64,000 bases of DNA from an uncultured Poribacteria bacterium (GTDB taxonomy: Bacteria; Poribacteria; WGA-4E; WGA-3G): NCBI GenBank assembly GCA_951828385.1, contig OX639973.1, forward strand, positions 1,728,470 to 1,792,469. Direction: 5' to 3'. Position 1 is the first letter of the stretch. The number at the start of each line of letters is the position of its first letter. The notes beneath the pieces were generated by a model. It ran no database searches. It saw only the letters and a list, made by a program, of their open reading frames with translations, and was not told the origin of the DNA. Of the stretch, positions 46,056-56,551 are shown in pieces. The position numbers and the translations under genes were made by a program.

Positions 46056-49000
46056 CTAATGTCTAATGACTAACCACGTAACGAGTTCAAATTCAGTTTT
46101 TTCTGTAATCTGACTATCGGCGGTTGGGAGCAGTGCATCAGGGCTTGCATCGAGTTGGTCGTTGACTTTTTGGTTGTATTCCTTGCGAATTGAATTGAGG
46201 GCTACATCGAGTAGCATCTCATAGATCGTCATATCGTTGCCGTTGTCGGTTTCTTCGTTGAAATAGTTGCAGAGCTCTTGATCGTGATTTGTCTTTCCGA
46301 CACAGAGAATGCTGAAGCGTTCTAAAATCCGTTTAGGATTTGTGAATCCGATAGAGATTTCGCCATCATCGCTGATATGGACGAGGTAGTACGGGTGAAT
46401 GGGGTTAAGTTTTTTCCCTTCTTCACTGTCTTCTGCCTCATCGGTCTGCTTTAGACAGAAGATAACCCCCGGTTTAATATTTACAGGAGTGCCATCGTGT
46501 GTGAGCGGTGCGGTAACGGCATATAAGCCAAGCGGGGCATCCCGAAGTTTCGCTTCGTTTTCACGCAGATAGTTGAGTAGCTGCGCACGGAAATCGTCAA
46601 GCGTGAATTGGTTGAGATTCAATTGCTCTTCGATATCCTCAAAGTCAAGGATATCGGTTTGCATGCGGCGGAGTTGCTCGTCGCGGTGCGACCAGACCTG
46701 TTCCATACTCTCTTTTTCCGTCAATGAGAGCAGGTCATCATCACCCGTAGCAGTAAGATTGACGAGTGCCATGCGTGCCTCAACGCGAGGTTTTAAGTTA
46801 ATATATGCGTCGAGTTCAGGGGTAGGCCAGAAGTTGATAAGATGAATTTTCTTGTTCTTGCTGCCGATACGGTCAATTCGTCCGAAACGTTGGATAATCC
46901 GGACGGGGTTCCAGTGGATGTCGTAATTGATGAGATAATCGCAATCTTGTAAGTTTTGTCCTTCGGAGATACAATCGGTAGCGATGAGCAGATCAATTTC
47001 TGGGAGTTCATCTTCGCCTTCTGTTTCACCTTCGTCCCTCTCTTTGGAAATCGGTGAGAAATTGGTAAGAATCTCGTCAAAATCGTTTCGGACGAGTTCG
47101 CTTCTGCTTGCACCACCGGTAACGACAGCGGATTCAATATTAAGCGTCTCCTTTGCCCATTCGTATAGATTATCGTAGAGATAGTTGGCGGTATCGGCAA
47201 AGGCGGTAAAGACGAGAACCTTGCGATTCTCTTTTCCACATCGGTTTTTTGCGGGGTTCTGCACCTTAGCGGCGATCAGCTGCTTGAGTTGCTCCAATTT
47301 GGCATCCCGATCGGACGTAATATTTTGTGCGATTTTGTAAATTTTATCCAATTGCGTTCTATCGTCGTGAAGGTCAGCAAGCCAAGCGTCAAGATCAAGA
47401 TGTTCATAGCGGTAGGTCTGATTTTTTCCCGCCTGCACGCCGGTTTGTAGTTCGTCATCCTCTCCATATTCTTCCGTTGTTTCGGCAAAGGGATCGAACC
47501 CGTTTTCGCTTACAACACTTGCGGTCGCATTCAGAAAGTCCTGAATTTCAGACGCACGCGCTTTGATATTTTCAATGGTGCGTTCAAGGGTTGATGCGAA
47601 GGAGTGGACGCTGCTCTCAAGCCGTTTGAGAAAGTTCACCTTCATCATACCGATGAGGTTAAACTCGCGCTGCTGAAGAAGTCTCTCTCCGTAATGGTGA
47701 CGGCATTCCTGACGAATGTATCTTGACGGATTGAAGATTGCAAGTCGATACCCATCAATCTGGTGGCTGATGGTTTGGTAAGTGGGAAATTTCCCTTGCA
47801 GGTCAATTTCAGGAAAGATGGACTGCGGTGGTTCACGATCCGGGAATTGACCGACCTCTTCAATCGCATTCTCATAGAAGTTTATGACATGGGTCCGAGA
47901 ACGAGCGATAGTGAGTCTATCGAGCAGGGGAAAAAAGTCAGCATTCAGACTTTCCGCAAGACTTTCGTGTTGTTGAGAATTTTTAGGTATCTGCTCTGTT
48001 TCTGTTGTCCACGTATCAAAACGACTTTGTGCAGCGTTGAGCGTTCCTTTAATGCTTGGAATACCAGTCTGTCTAAAAGCGTCGTCCCTATCCTCAGTGA
48101 TTAAACATATTTGATTATCAAGGTCGGTAAGCCGATTGTTGACTGGGGTCGCAGAGAGCATTAAGACTTGGGTTTTGCCGCCACTCTGGATGACATCTTC
48201 CATCAATTTCTCGTAACGGGCACCGCGATTTCGGAAGTTGTGGGATTCGTCGATGACAATAAGATCATATCCATCCCATTCGTGTTGTGCAAGGTCAATA
48301 CCGTTGGATTCTCCACTGTCTCGGCTTAGATCCGTGTGTGCAAGCACGTTGTAACGAAACCGATCGGCTTTCAGGGGATTACGTTTCCTGCGAAAGTGTA
48401 TTGGATAAAGCGTCCAGTTCTTTTCTAATTTTTTAGGGCATAGGACTAAAACATTAGCGTTTCGCAATTCAAAGTACTTGATAATCGCGAGTGCCTCGTA
48501 GGTTTTACCCAATCCGACGCTATCAGCGATAATACAACCGTTGTGTGCCTTGAGTTTCTGGAGGCATGCCTGAACACCGTGTTTTTGAAAAGCGTAGAGT
48601 TTCTGCCAGATTTCTGTCTCCAGGAATGAAGGATTCGCTTCAGCGAACTGCATATCGCTTGCATCTGCCAATATGTTTTCAAAGAGGTGGTAAAGCGTTT
48701 TGTAGTAGATGAATTCGGGGGCTTTGTCCTGATAAGCATTTTTGAGGGTTTGCAACACCTGTGCTTTTACATCCGCCACCTGATCCGATTCCCAAAGGTT
48801 ATCAAACCATGTCTTAAGGTCAGCACAGTCACTTTTACTGTCAACTTCGAGGTTGAGTTCAATGTTGCTTGCTTTTTCGCTTAACCCCAAGCCACGCACG
48901 GTAAAGTTTGAGCTCCCGATAATCGCATCTTCAGTCCTATCGTTCTCTATATAATACATTTTGCCGTGCAGGAAATTTGATTTACGGACTGAACGGATCT

Positions 49001-49322
49001 CGACCTTTTTTTCAATCCACTCGGCGCAAGCTCTGGCGACCTCTTTTTGGGGAAGATAGTTTTGGAGTTTTAACCCAGTTTCGGTAAGTTGGAACGCCTT
49101 GCTTTCGGTTTTGTCGGGATCAATGTGAATAAAACTGGGTTCACCGAACAAGAAACGGAGTCCTTTGATACTTGTTAATTCGTCTCTGAGTTTGTCGAAG
49201 GCGTAAATCGTGAAATAGGCGGAGACAATGGAGAGATCAGAACCGTCTTGGATTTTATCTCGCAGAAAATCGGCGACGGTGCCGTACATGCTGTTGTCTC
49301 GGATACGGGAGGTTTTTGACAT
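46056..49322 (-). CDS. PLD-family nuclease fused to an SNF2-family helicase
   Basis: N-terminal HKD motif context HGKMYYIEN...AIIGSSNFT (PLD nuclease). Helicase motifs GLGKT (Walker A), DESHNF (DExH), and a helicase C-terminal domain (QRFGRIDRIG). Confidence 0.8.
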   Translation of the reverse strand: MSKTSRIRDNSMYGTVADFLRDKIQDGSDLSIVSAYFTIYAFDKLRDELTSIKGLRFLFGEPSFIHIDPDKTESKAFQLTETGLKLQNYLPQKEVARACAEWIEKKVEIRSVRKSNFLHGKMYYIENDRTEDAIIGSSNFTVRGLGLSEKASNIELNLEVDSKSDCADLKTWFDNLWESDQVADVKAQVLQTLKNAYQDKAPEFIYYKTLYHLFENILADASDMQFAEANPSFLETEIWQKLYAFQKHGVQACLQKLKAHNGCIIADSVGLGKTYEALAIIKYFELRNANVLVLCPKKLEKNWTLYPIHFRRKRNPLKADRFRYNVLAHTDLSRDSGESNGIDLAQHEWDGYDLIVIDESHNFRNRGARYEKLMEDVIQSGGKTQVLMLSATPVNNRLTDLDNQICLITEDRDDAFRQTGIPSIKGTLNAAQSRFDTWTTETEQIPKNSQQHESLAESLNADFFPLLDRLTIARSRTHVINFYENAIEEVGQFPDREPPQSIFPEIDLQGKFPTYQTISHQIDGYRLAIFNPSRYIRQECRHHYGERLLQQREFNLIGMMKVNFLKRLESSVHSFASTLERTIENIKARASEIQDFLNATASVVSENGFDPFAETTEEYGEDDELQTGVQAGKNQTYRYEHLDLDAWLADLHDDRTQLDKIYKIAQNITSDRDAKLEQLKQLIAAKVQNPAKNRCGKENRKVLVFTAFADTANYLYDNLYEWAKETLNIESAVVTGGASRSELVRNDFDEILTNFSPISKERDEGETEGEDELPEIDLLIATDCISEGQNLQDCDYLINYDIHWNPVRIIQRFGRIDRIGSKNKKIHLINFWPTPELDAYINLKPRVEARMALVNLTATGDDDLLSLTEKESMEQVWSHRDEQLRRMQTDILDFEDIEEQLNLNQFTLDDFRAQLLNYLRENEAKLRDAPLGLYAVTAPLTHDGTPVNIKPGVIFCLKQTDEAEDSEEGKKLNPIHPYYLVHISDDGEISIGFTNPKRILERFSILCVGKTNHDQELCNYFNEETDNGNDMTIYEMLLDVALNSIRKEYNQKVNDQLDASPDALLPTADSQITEKTEFELVTWLVIRH

Positions 49323-49489
49323 TGTATTCTTTTTCCGAAAGTTTCTATAAATATATTATCATTTCAGGGTCGCTCCTACAGCGATCACTTTTTATGATAC
49401 CAATTCTGTTCATAATTTGCAAGCATAAAAACTCAAAATGTGCTATACTAATTGCATTGCAAATTGGAATATAAACATAGGAGCAAAAA

Positions 49490-52192
49490 ATGAGAAAATT
49501 AACGCTATGCATAGCGATATTCCTCTGTTTAGGAATCGCCGCACACAATAGCAGTGCAAAAGAACTTACATTAGACGATATTTTCCCAACCGATCGGGTT
49601 ATAGATGTGCAAATCACCGTTTCGGATAAGGATTGGAATACGATTCGATATCAGTCACGGAATTTTATGACTGCGTTGAACGAGAAACGGCAGTTCGGTC
49701 CGCTGGATCATCCGTATACTTATGTCGAAGCGAGCGTGAGTATTGACGGTGTGGTCTTTCCGAAAGTCGGAATTCGCAAAAAAGGGTTCATCGGTTCGCA
49801 AAGCCATACGCGTCCCTCTCTGAAAATCAAGCTAAATCATATTGACAAAAAGGGGGAGATTGAAGGACTGACGAACCTGACCCTGAATAACAACAAACAA
49901 GATACAAGTTTAGTGAGCCAATTTATGGGGTACGCGCTGTTTAATGCAATCGGATCGCCCGCGCCCCGCTGCGCGTATGCGAAAGTAACAGTGAACGGAA
50001 AAAACCTCGGGATATACGCACACGTAGAGACCATCCGCAAACCGTTATTGAAACGCGCCTTCGGCAACAGCAAGGGCACCCTCTATGAAGGGACAGTAGT
50101 GGATTTTTACGAAAATTGGGAAAACAGTTTTGAACACAAACGTGGTGACGACACACGCGGGAGGGCACAAATTAATGCCTTAATCGACTTGCTCGCGAAC
50201 CGAGAAACAACAGAAGCTGACATCGGTGAATTGGTCGATTTGGAGTCGTTTTACAAATTCTGGGCAACTGAGGGTTTAGTCGGATTCTGGGACGGGTACT
50301 CCGGAAATAAAAACAACTTCTTCGTTTATTTGAACCCGGAAGACAATAAATTTCACTTCATTCCTTGGGGAATGGACTCTATCTTTACAAAGATGAGTAA
50401 ACTTGAGTTCATGAACGACCGGCGAGCACCGATCTCAGTCAAGACGCAGGGTTTGATTGCATACAAATTGTATCAATTCGAGTCTGGTCGGAAACGGTAT
50501 GCAGAAGCACTCACCGAGATTTTAGACAATCATTGGAATGTCCCAGAATTGTTAGCCGCTTTAGACAAAATCGCTGTGATGGTTGAACCCCATTTAGTGT
50601 CTGCGCAACGCGTCATTGAAGAAGAATGGGATAGAGGGGAAAGATGGGGGGACAAGTCTAAGAGACCGACCTTTGAAAGTGAACTCGAGGCAGTCCGAGA
50701 CTTCATCCGCAACCGCAAAAGTGACATACAAGCAGAAATCGCTAACGAGATGCCGGTATGGCGCAGGCGACCGGATCCGCCGTTCGTTATGGGACCTGAA
50801 GGGTTCGATATGAAAAAATTCATTCGATTGCCCGAAGAAGGGTTGTGGCATGCCGCACGCATCGGTGATATTCCAGCAATGAAACGCTACATCGCTGAAG
50901 GTGCCGATGTCAACGCACCAGATGATGATTTAAACATATTTCCGTTAGCATGGAGCGTACTTCATGGACAAACCGAAGCGACCCGGCTTCTTATTGAAAA
51001 TGGTGCTGACGTTAATATGAAAGACGATAACGGTAGCACACCCTTGCACGGTGCCGCAGTTTTCGGTAGAGCAGATGTCGCAAAACTTCTTGTTGAGAAC
51101 GGCGCAAACCTACAGGTACGCAACGACGATGGCGGAACACCAGCCGATGCCTTGCATCTTGATTGGGGAACAACAGCGTTCATTGGCGGTATGGTAGGTG
51201 TAGAGGTCAAGGATGAAATTGCAGTCATGCAAACAGGTAGAAATGAGATTGCGAAACTCTTTGGGGTCAAAGAATTTGACAGCAAGGGCATATCCTCCGC
51301 CCAGGATCTATCGGGAGCAGTATTTATTGGGAATCTCGCAGCAGTTAAACAAGCACTCACAGATGGAGCAGACCCTAATGGGATGGATCCGCAATCCGGA
51401 AGTACAATACTGTCGATTGCTGCCCTGATGGGGCACACGGAAATTGTAGCACTCCTCCTTGAACACGGCGCAGATGTCAATGCGAAAAGTCGGGACGGTG
51501 GAACGGCACTGCATGCGGCAGCTTTCCTGGGACGTGCTGAAGCAGCAGAACTGCTCCTTGAGAAAGGCGCAGATACGACACTCCCAAATAATACGGGCAG
51601 CACAGCAATAGATGGAGCAAAACTGGACTGGGAGTTTACCAAAGCCATCATCAGTATGATACAAATTGAGGTGGACGAGGCAGAGGTGAAAGTCGGCAGA
51701 ACCAAAGTTATCCAACTGCTCTCTGAACGACCCAATAAGCCATCCGAATCACACAACTTATGGAAAGCAGCTGCGGCAGGCGATCTTTCGGCTATCAAAG
51801 ACGCTTTAGACGATAGTGCAGATCTGAACGCACAGGATCCACAATTCGGAATCACACCGCTGGCATGGGCAGCACTCATGGGACAGACCAAAGTTGCAGC
51901 ACTCCTCCTTGAAAACGGTGTAGATATTAATGTGAGAAATCGGGACGGTGCCACTCCATTACACTCGGCGGCTTTTCTTGGACATATCGAAACAGTGAAA
52001 TTACTGCTTGAGAGAGGTGCCGATACTACGCTCCAAAATAATGACGGCGCAACACCTATGGATACAACACAAGTCGACTGGCAGTTGACCCAGTTTGTGG
52101 CTGGGCTATTGCAAATAGAGATAGACGAATCAGAAGTGAAAGCGGGTAGAACCGAGGTTATAAAACTTATCTCTCGCCACAATAAGAGATAA
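49490..52192 (+). CDS. Secreted CotH-like (atypical kinase fold) domain protein fused to a C-terminal array of ~9 ankyrin repeats
   Basis: Signal peptide. The N-terminal half has CotH-like segments (SLKIKLNH...NLTLNNNKQDTSLVSQFMGYALFNAIGSPAPRCAYAKVTVNGKNLGIYAHVE ... NFFVYLNPEDNKFHFIPWGMDSIF). The C-terminal half has repeated G.TPLH.AA..G...V..LL..GADVN ankyrin units. Confidence 0.75.
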   Translation: MRKLTLCIAIFLCLGIAAHNSSAKELTLDDIFPTDRVIDVQITVSDKDWNTIRYQSRNFMTALNEKRQFGPLDHPYTYVEASVSIDGVVFPKVGIRKKGFIGSQSHTRPSLKIKLNHIDKKGEIEGLTNLTLNNNKQDTSLVSQFMGYALFNAIGSPAPRCAYAKVTVNGKNLGIYAHVETIRKPLLKRAFGNSKGTLYEGTVVDFYENWENSFEHKRGDDTRGRAQINALIDLLANRETTEADIGELVDLESFYKFWATEGLVGFWDGYSGNKNNFFVYLNPEDNKFHFIPWGMDSIFTKMSKLEFMNDRRAPISVKTQGLIAYKLYQFESGRKRYAEALTEILDNHWNVPELLAALDKIAVMVEPHLVSAQRVIEEEWDRGERWGDKSKRPTFESELEAVRDFIRNRKSDIQAEIANEMPVWRRRPDPPFVMGPEGFDMKKFIRLPEEGLWHAARIGDIPAMKRYIAEGADVNAPDDDLNIFPLAWSVLHGQTEATRLLIENGADVNMKDDNGSTPLHGAAVFGRADVAKLLVENGANLQVRNDDGGTPADALHLDWGTTAFIGGMVGVEVKDEIAVMQTGRNEIAKLFGVKEFDSKGISSAQDLSGAVFIGNLAAVKQALTDGADPNGMDPQSGSTILSIAALMGHTEIVALLLEHGADVNAKSRDGGTALHAAAFLGRAEAAELLLEKGADTTLPNNTGSTAIDGAKLDWEFTKAIISMIQIEVDEAEVKVGRTKVIQLLSERPNKPSESHNLWKAAAAGDLSAIKDALDDSADLNAQDPQFGITPLAWAALMGQTKVAALLLENGVDINVRNRDGATPLHSAAFLGHIETVKLLLERGADTTLQNNDGATPMDTTQVDWQLTQFVAGLLQIEIDESEVKAGRTEVIKLISRHNKR

Positions 52193-52205
52193 CCCTACCA
52201 CGGAG

Positions 52206-52784
52206 GTGGAACAGATGCATAACTCGCAGACCAACCCTGAATCTATTCAAGACAACACAACACACGGAAGCCCGATAACGCCGGAAGAATTTCTTGAAAA
52301 CGATTTCGAGGGGTATGAATATGTAAAAGGAGAATTAGTTCCTATGGCACCTCCATCCATGGAACATGGTGAAATAAGTATCAAGGTGATTCGGTATTTG
52401 GATTTACATGTTCATACACATCAGTTGGGACATCTGTACACTGCTGAAACTACGTTCCAATTGGGGGACCGCGTCGTGAAACCAGATGTTGCGTTTGTTT
52501 CAACAAACCGGCTGCCCGAGGACAGGCGTCAGGGGTCGCCTGTACCGCCGGATCTCGCCGTAGAAATAGTCTCACCGTCAGACAAACACTACGATATCAC
52601 TGAAAAAGCGTTCGCTTACCTAAAAGCAGGTACACGTCTCGTCTGGGTTATTGAACCGGTCGCAAAGACGGTAATGGTCTATCGTTCTGAAACAGATTTC
52701 ACACTGCTTACCTGTGAAGATACACTGACAGGTGAAGATGTTGTCGAAGGGTTTACGTGTTCAGTTGCACAGTTGTTTGAATAA
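52206..52784 (+). CDS. Uma2-family (DUF820) putative PD-(D/E)xK endonuclease
   Basis: YEYVKGELVPMAPPSMEHGEIS...KPDVAFVS...PPDLAVEIVSPSD...AFAYLKAGTRLVWVIEP is the canonical Uma2 layout. Confidence 0.75.
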   Translation: MEQMHNSQTNPESIQDNTTHGSPITPEEFLENDFEGYEYVKGELVPMAPPSMEHGEISIKVIRYLDLHVHTHQLGHLYTAETTFQLGDRVVKPDVAFVSTNRLPEDRRQGSPVPPDLAVEIVSPSDKHYDITEKAFAYLKAGTRLVWVIEPVAKTVMVYRSETDFTLLTCEDTLTGEDVVEGFTCSVAQLFE

Positions 52785-52849
52785 GTTCCTGGATTAATAC
52801 AAGAAAACTTATGGTATTTATACCTTTACGCTTAGTCCCCCGAAAAAGT

Positions 52850-52878
52850 TTGATTCTTTTTATCCTATGTGCTAAAAT
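52850..52878 (+). promoter_or_regulatory. Strong sigma70-type promoter (TTGATT, 17-bp spacer, TGc-TAAAAT extended -10) upstream of the 52997..53885 cassette
   Basis: Read directly, about 120 nt upstream of the ATG at 52997. Confidence 0.45.
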
Positions 52879-52996
52879 GTTCTTCACTTCAGTTTACGAG
52901 AGGTTCTCGACGATCTCATTCTTAAGTTTACATGAGATTTATGAACAAGCGGCGAGTTTGGTCCGGCAACACTTGATTAACTGAGGCTCTTAACCC

Positions 52997-53410
52997 ATGC
53001 GCTTAAAAAAATTCAAAACAGAACTAAAAGATTTCACCCAATACTTGCTGAGACAGGAAATTTTAGATCGATTTACTGTCCTAACGCAACGGGAAGACAA
53101 CTGGGATGGATACGACTCAAAAAAACCAACGGAGTTAACCTTAGTTCATGCGAAAAATCTTATGGAGGAATTTTTAGATTCTATCATTTCTGCTGGATAC
53201 TCGTGGCTTAGACCTTTCATTTCCAGTGATGAGGATGGTAACGTAACTGTAGAATGGTCCGAAGGAAAACGCAGATTACATATTCAAATTGGAGAAAATG
53301 AAGCCGAGTATATCCAAGTCTGGGGAATAAATATTGATACGGAGATGCATGTAGATTTTCTAAATCGTGACGATTATCTAACACTTTGGGAATGGTTGCT
53401 TGATGAATAA
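52997..53410 (+). CDS. Hypothetical protein (137 aa), first gene of an AT-rich two-gene cassette
   Basis: ORF track. No recognisable domain. GC is well below that of the neighbours. Confidence 0.45.
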   Translation: MRLKKFKTELKDFTQYLLRQEILDRFTVLTQREDNWDGYDSKKPTELTLVHAKNLMEEFLDSIISAGYSWLRPFISSDEDGNVTVEWSEGKRRLHIQIGENEAEYIQVWGINIDTEMHVDFLNRDDYLTLWEWLLDE

Positions 53411-53885
53411 AAATGACTTTATACGGGACGATGAGGTACTCTATCGAAGTATCCGAGGAAGATATGGGGAGGAGTACTCTTATGATAATATAGGAAAACT
53501 CAAAATTAGTAGTGAAGCCTTTCGCGATAGAGAAAGAAAACCATCCGTAGATAGAGCGGAGTTAAAAGAATCTAATCCGTCTTTGTCTAAACGAAATGAC
53601 ACAGATGGTATTGTTAATCTTATTACTGCTGATGTCCGCGCAATAGGAACAGTGAAAACAAAAAATCAGAATATAGATACCATCGTTCACGCCGTAGATG
53701 TCATCTATGATCCCATCCGTGAAAATCCCGCCCATTCAAAAATTATTGTAAATCCTGAGTTCTTTGGTTCAAAAAATAAGCAAAAAAATGTGTTCAAATT
53801 ACTACAGCTTGCGCTTGCGGAACTTGCCGAAAAAAACGGATGGACTGTCAAACCAAATGTAGTAAGTTCAGACCAGCAGGTATAG
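53400..53885 (+). CDS. Hypothetical protein (161 aa), second gene of the cassette, overlapping the first by 11 bp
   Basis: ORF track. No recognisable domain. Confidence 0.45.
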   Translation: MMNKNDFIRDDEVLYRSIRGRYGEEYSYDNIGKLKISSEAFRDRERKPSVDRAELKESNPSLSKRNDTDGIVNLITADVRAIGTVKTKNQNIDTIVHAVDVIYDPIRENPAHSKIIVNPEFFGSKNKQKNVFKLLQLALAELAEKNGWTVKPNVVSSDQQV

Positions 53886-53971
53886 GTACATTTCTACTGA
53901 CAATATATCTGAGTGAATTCAGTAACATCTGCCACGAGAAATAAAATTAAGGTAAACACTACCCATAGGAA

Positions 53972-55954
53972 ATGTATAGCATGGCAAAACCGATTAACTA
54001 CACTGACATCTTAGAAACCGGCGATAGCGAGATTTATGATATCCAAACGCATGCCGCCGGTCCCGAAGGCAGCCTGCCGCTCACGGCGGAGATGCTCCTC
54101 AATCGACCGAGTGGGGACGTATTTGGCTTGACCCACAACGCCGCCATGGGCTGGGCGCCGACAGAACTCCGACGCGAGGAATTCCTGATTCTCAGCACAC
54201 AAGGCGGTATCCGCGCCCCTGATGGCAGCCCGATTGCCCTTGGGTATCACACAGGACACTGGGAGGTCGGGCTTCTCATGCAGGCGGTCGCGCACGAATT
54301 GAAGAACCTCGCGGCGATCCCGTTTGCAGGCTACTGCTCCGACCCGTGTGACGGACGCACCCAAGGCACCGTCGGGATGATGGACAGCCTCGCCTATCGC
54401 AACGATGCTGCACAGATCTTCCGCCGACTCATCCGTTCCCTACCCACACGGAAAGGCGTTGTCGGTGTTGCGACCTGTGATAAAGGCTTGCCCGCGATGA
54501 TGATGGCACTCGCTTCAATGCGCGATCTCCCGGCTGTACTCGTTCCGGGGGGTGTGACATTACCACCCACGACAGGCGAAGACGCTGGAAAAATCCAGAC
54601 GATCGGTGCCCGTTTCGCACACGGTGAAATTAGCCTCCAAGACGCAGCGGATATGGGATGCCGTGCCTGCGCAACCCCTGGCGGCGGCTGCCAATTCCTT
54701 GGAACCGCGGCGACTTCACAAGTTGTCGGTGAAGCGTTAGGGATGAGCCTGACGCATACCGCATTAGCACCCTCTGGTCAGAATATCTGGTCGGATATGG
54801 GACTCCGATCCGCACGTGCTGTCGTGAACTTAGCCGCGAAAGGGTTGACGATGAAGGACATCGTTACACCCGAAGCGATTCGGAACGCCATGGTTGTACA
54901 TGCTGCATTTGGCGGCTCAACCAACCTCCTGTTGCATATCCCTGCCATTGCACACGCCGCTGGACTTGAACGTCCGTCGGTAGACGACTGGACTGAAGTG
55001 AATCAGAGTGTCCCGCGTCTTGTTGATGTCCTGCCGAACGGACCCGTTGGGCATCCGACAATCCGAGTCTTCCTTGCGGGCGGTGTGCCTGAGGTGATGC
55101 TCCATCTGCGTGAATTGGGATGCCTCAACGAAGACGTGCTGACAGCAACAGGCGAAACCCTCGGTAGTAACCTCGATTGGTGGGCAGCCTCTGAACGGCG
55201 TGAACGCGTCCGTCAAACACTGGAGGACAAAGATAACATTGCCCCCGACGCAGTAATTCTAAATCCAGATGCCGCGAAAACAGCAGGATTGACGAGCACT
55301 GTCACATTCCCACGGGGTAGCCTCGCACCAGAGGGATCTGTCATTAAAAGCACTGCTATTGATCCGAATGTCGTTGATGCCGATGGTGTTTATCGGATGA
55401 CAGGACCCGCACGCGTCTTTGTCCGGGAATCCGATGCAATCCAGACCCTTAAAGGTCAAGGTGAGAGGGACATCCAACCTGGGGACATCATGGTACTGTG
55501 TTGCCGCGGTCCGAAAGGCACAGGCATGGAAGAAGTTTATCAGTTGACAGCAGCATTGAAACACCTTTCGTTCGGTAAGAACATTGCCTTGATTACGGAT
55601 GCCCGGTTCTCTGGTGTCTCAACAGGAGCATGTATTGGACACGTCGGACCAGAGGCACTCGCTGGTGGTCCTATCGGGAAAGTGCTTGATGGCGACATAA
55701 TTCAGATTGAGATTGATACCCGGCAACTCGTCGGGAGCATCGATTTGGTTGGACACGGCAATGAGCACTTCGGTGCTGCAGCAGGTGAACGCGTGTTAGC
55801 AGAACGTCAAGCGCGACCCGATCTCTCACCGGACGAGGCGTTACCAGATGATACACGACTCTGGGCAGCACTGCAATCTGTCGGTGGCGGCACATGGGGC
55901 GGCTGTGTCTACGATGTAGACGCGATCCTCAATGCTCTGAATGGTAGTCAGTAG
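53972..55954 (+). CDS. IlvD/EDD-family dehydratase (dihydroxy-acid / sugar-acid dehydratase)
   Basis: [16 protein letters not shown] (the CDK Fe-S ligand motif), [12 protein letters not shown], and the C-terminal [19 protein letters not shown] segment are characteristic of the family. Confidence 0.8.
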   Translation: MYSMAKPINYTDILETGDSEIYDIQTHAAGPEGSLPLTAEMLLNRPSGDVFGLTHNAAMGWAPTELRREEFLILSTQGGIRAPDGSPIALGYHTGHWEVGLLMQAVAHELKNLAAIPFAGYCSDPCDGRTQGTVGMMDSLAYRNDAAQIFRRLIRSLPTRKGVVGVATCDKGLPAMMMALASMRDLPAVLVPGGVTLPPTTGEDAGKIQTIGARFAHGEISLQDAADMGCRACATPGGGCQFLGTAATSQVVGEALGMSLTHTALAPSGQNIWSDMGLRSARAVVNLAAKGLTMKDIVTPEAIRNAMVVHAAFGGSTNLLLHIPAIAHAAGLERPSVDDWTEVNQSVPRLVDVLPNGPVGHPTIRVFLAGGVPEVMLHLRELGCLNEDVLTATGETLGSNLDWWAASERRERVRQTLEDKDNIAPDAVILNPDAAKTAGLTSTVTFPRGSLAPEGSVIKSTAIDPNVVDADGVYRMTGPARVFVRESDAIQTLKGQGERDIQPGDIMVLCCRGPKGTGMEEVYQLTAALKHLSFGKNIALITDARFSGVSTGACIGHVGPEALAGGPIGKVLDGDIIQIEIDTRQLVGSIDLVGHGNEHFGAAAGERVLAERQARPDLSPDEALPDDTRLWAALQSVGGGTWGGCVYDVDAILNALNGSQ

Positions 55955-56143
55955 TCAGTTTTCAGTGATGTAGCAAAGGAAGGATACTTACTTGAAAGCA
56001 AAAGCAGGTTCCTTGGTTAAGTGCTGATAACCGATAGTCATTCCTCCGATAAGTAGTAACCACTAAAGACGTTTTAGATATAGTAAGAGCGTATCGTTAC
56101 CCTCTTTAACCGATTACTGATAACCAACAACTGATAACTACTC

Positions 56144-56515
56144 ATGAAGTATTGGATACCGCCGCTGCTGTACATGGCACTCATTTTTGCCGTCTCGTCT
56201 ATGAAGCAACCGCCACTTCCGATGCCAAAATTCGAGTGGCTGACGATTGATAAACTCTACCATTTTATCGAATACGCAATACTCGGTATATTACTGACGC
56301 GGGCGTTTGTGAAAGCGAAGCCTTCGGTAGTGCCATCAAAACTTATATGGCTCATCGCAGCGGCACTCTCAATTCTCTACGGGGCAAGCGATGAGTGGCA
56401 TCAGACGTTTGTCCCTGGTAGGTGTGCTACCCTCGCAGATTGGATCGCAGACGTGCTTGGATCAATCGCCGGAGTGCTGGCAGTCTATCTCTATTATAAA
56501 AAAAAGGGTTCTTAA
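56144..56515 (+). CDS. VanZ-like family membrane protein
   Basis: KLYHFIEYAILGILL and SDEWHQTFVPGRCATLADWIADVLGSIAGVL match VanZ-family conserved segments. Confidence 0.75.
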   Translation: MKYWIPPLLYMALIFAVSSMKQPPLPMPKFEWLTIDKLYHFIEYAILGILLTRAFVKAKPSVVPSKLIWLIAAALSILYGASDEWHQTFVPGRCATLADWIADVLGSIAGVLAVYLYYKKKGS

Positions 56516-56551
56516 ATATTGGGTTTCCCCTTGGAACGTTAAATAAGAATC

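Noticed and set aside
50962-52182. 406-aa antisense ORF
   Set aside because: It lies entirely inside the ankyrin-repeat half of 49490..52192 on the opposite strand. It is low-complexity and Ser/Ala/Pro-rich, a typical shadow ORF of a GC-rich repetitive region.
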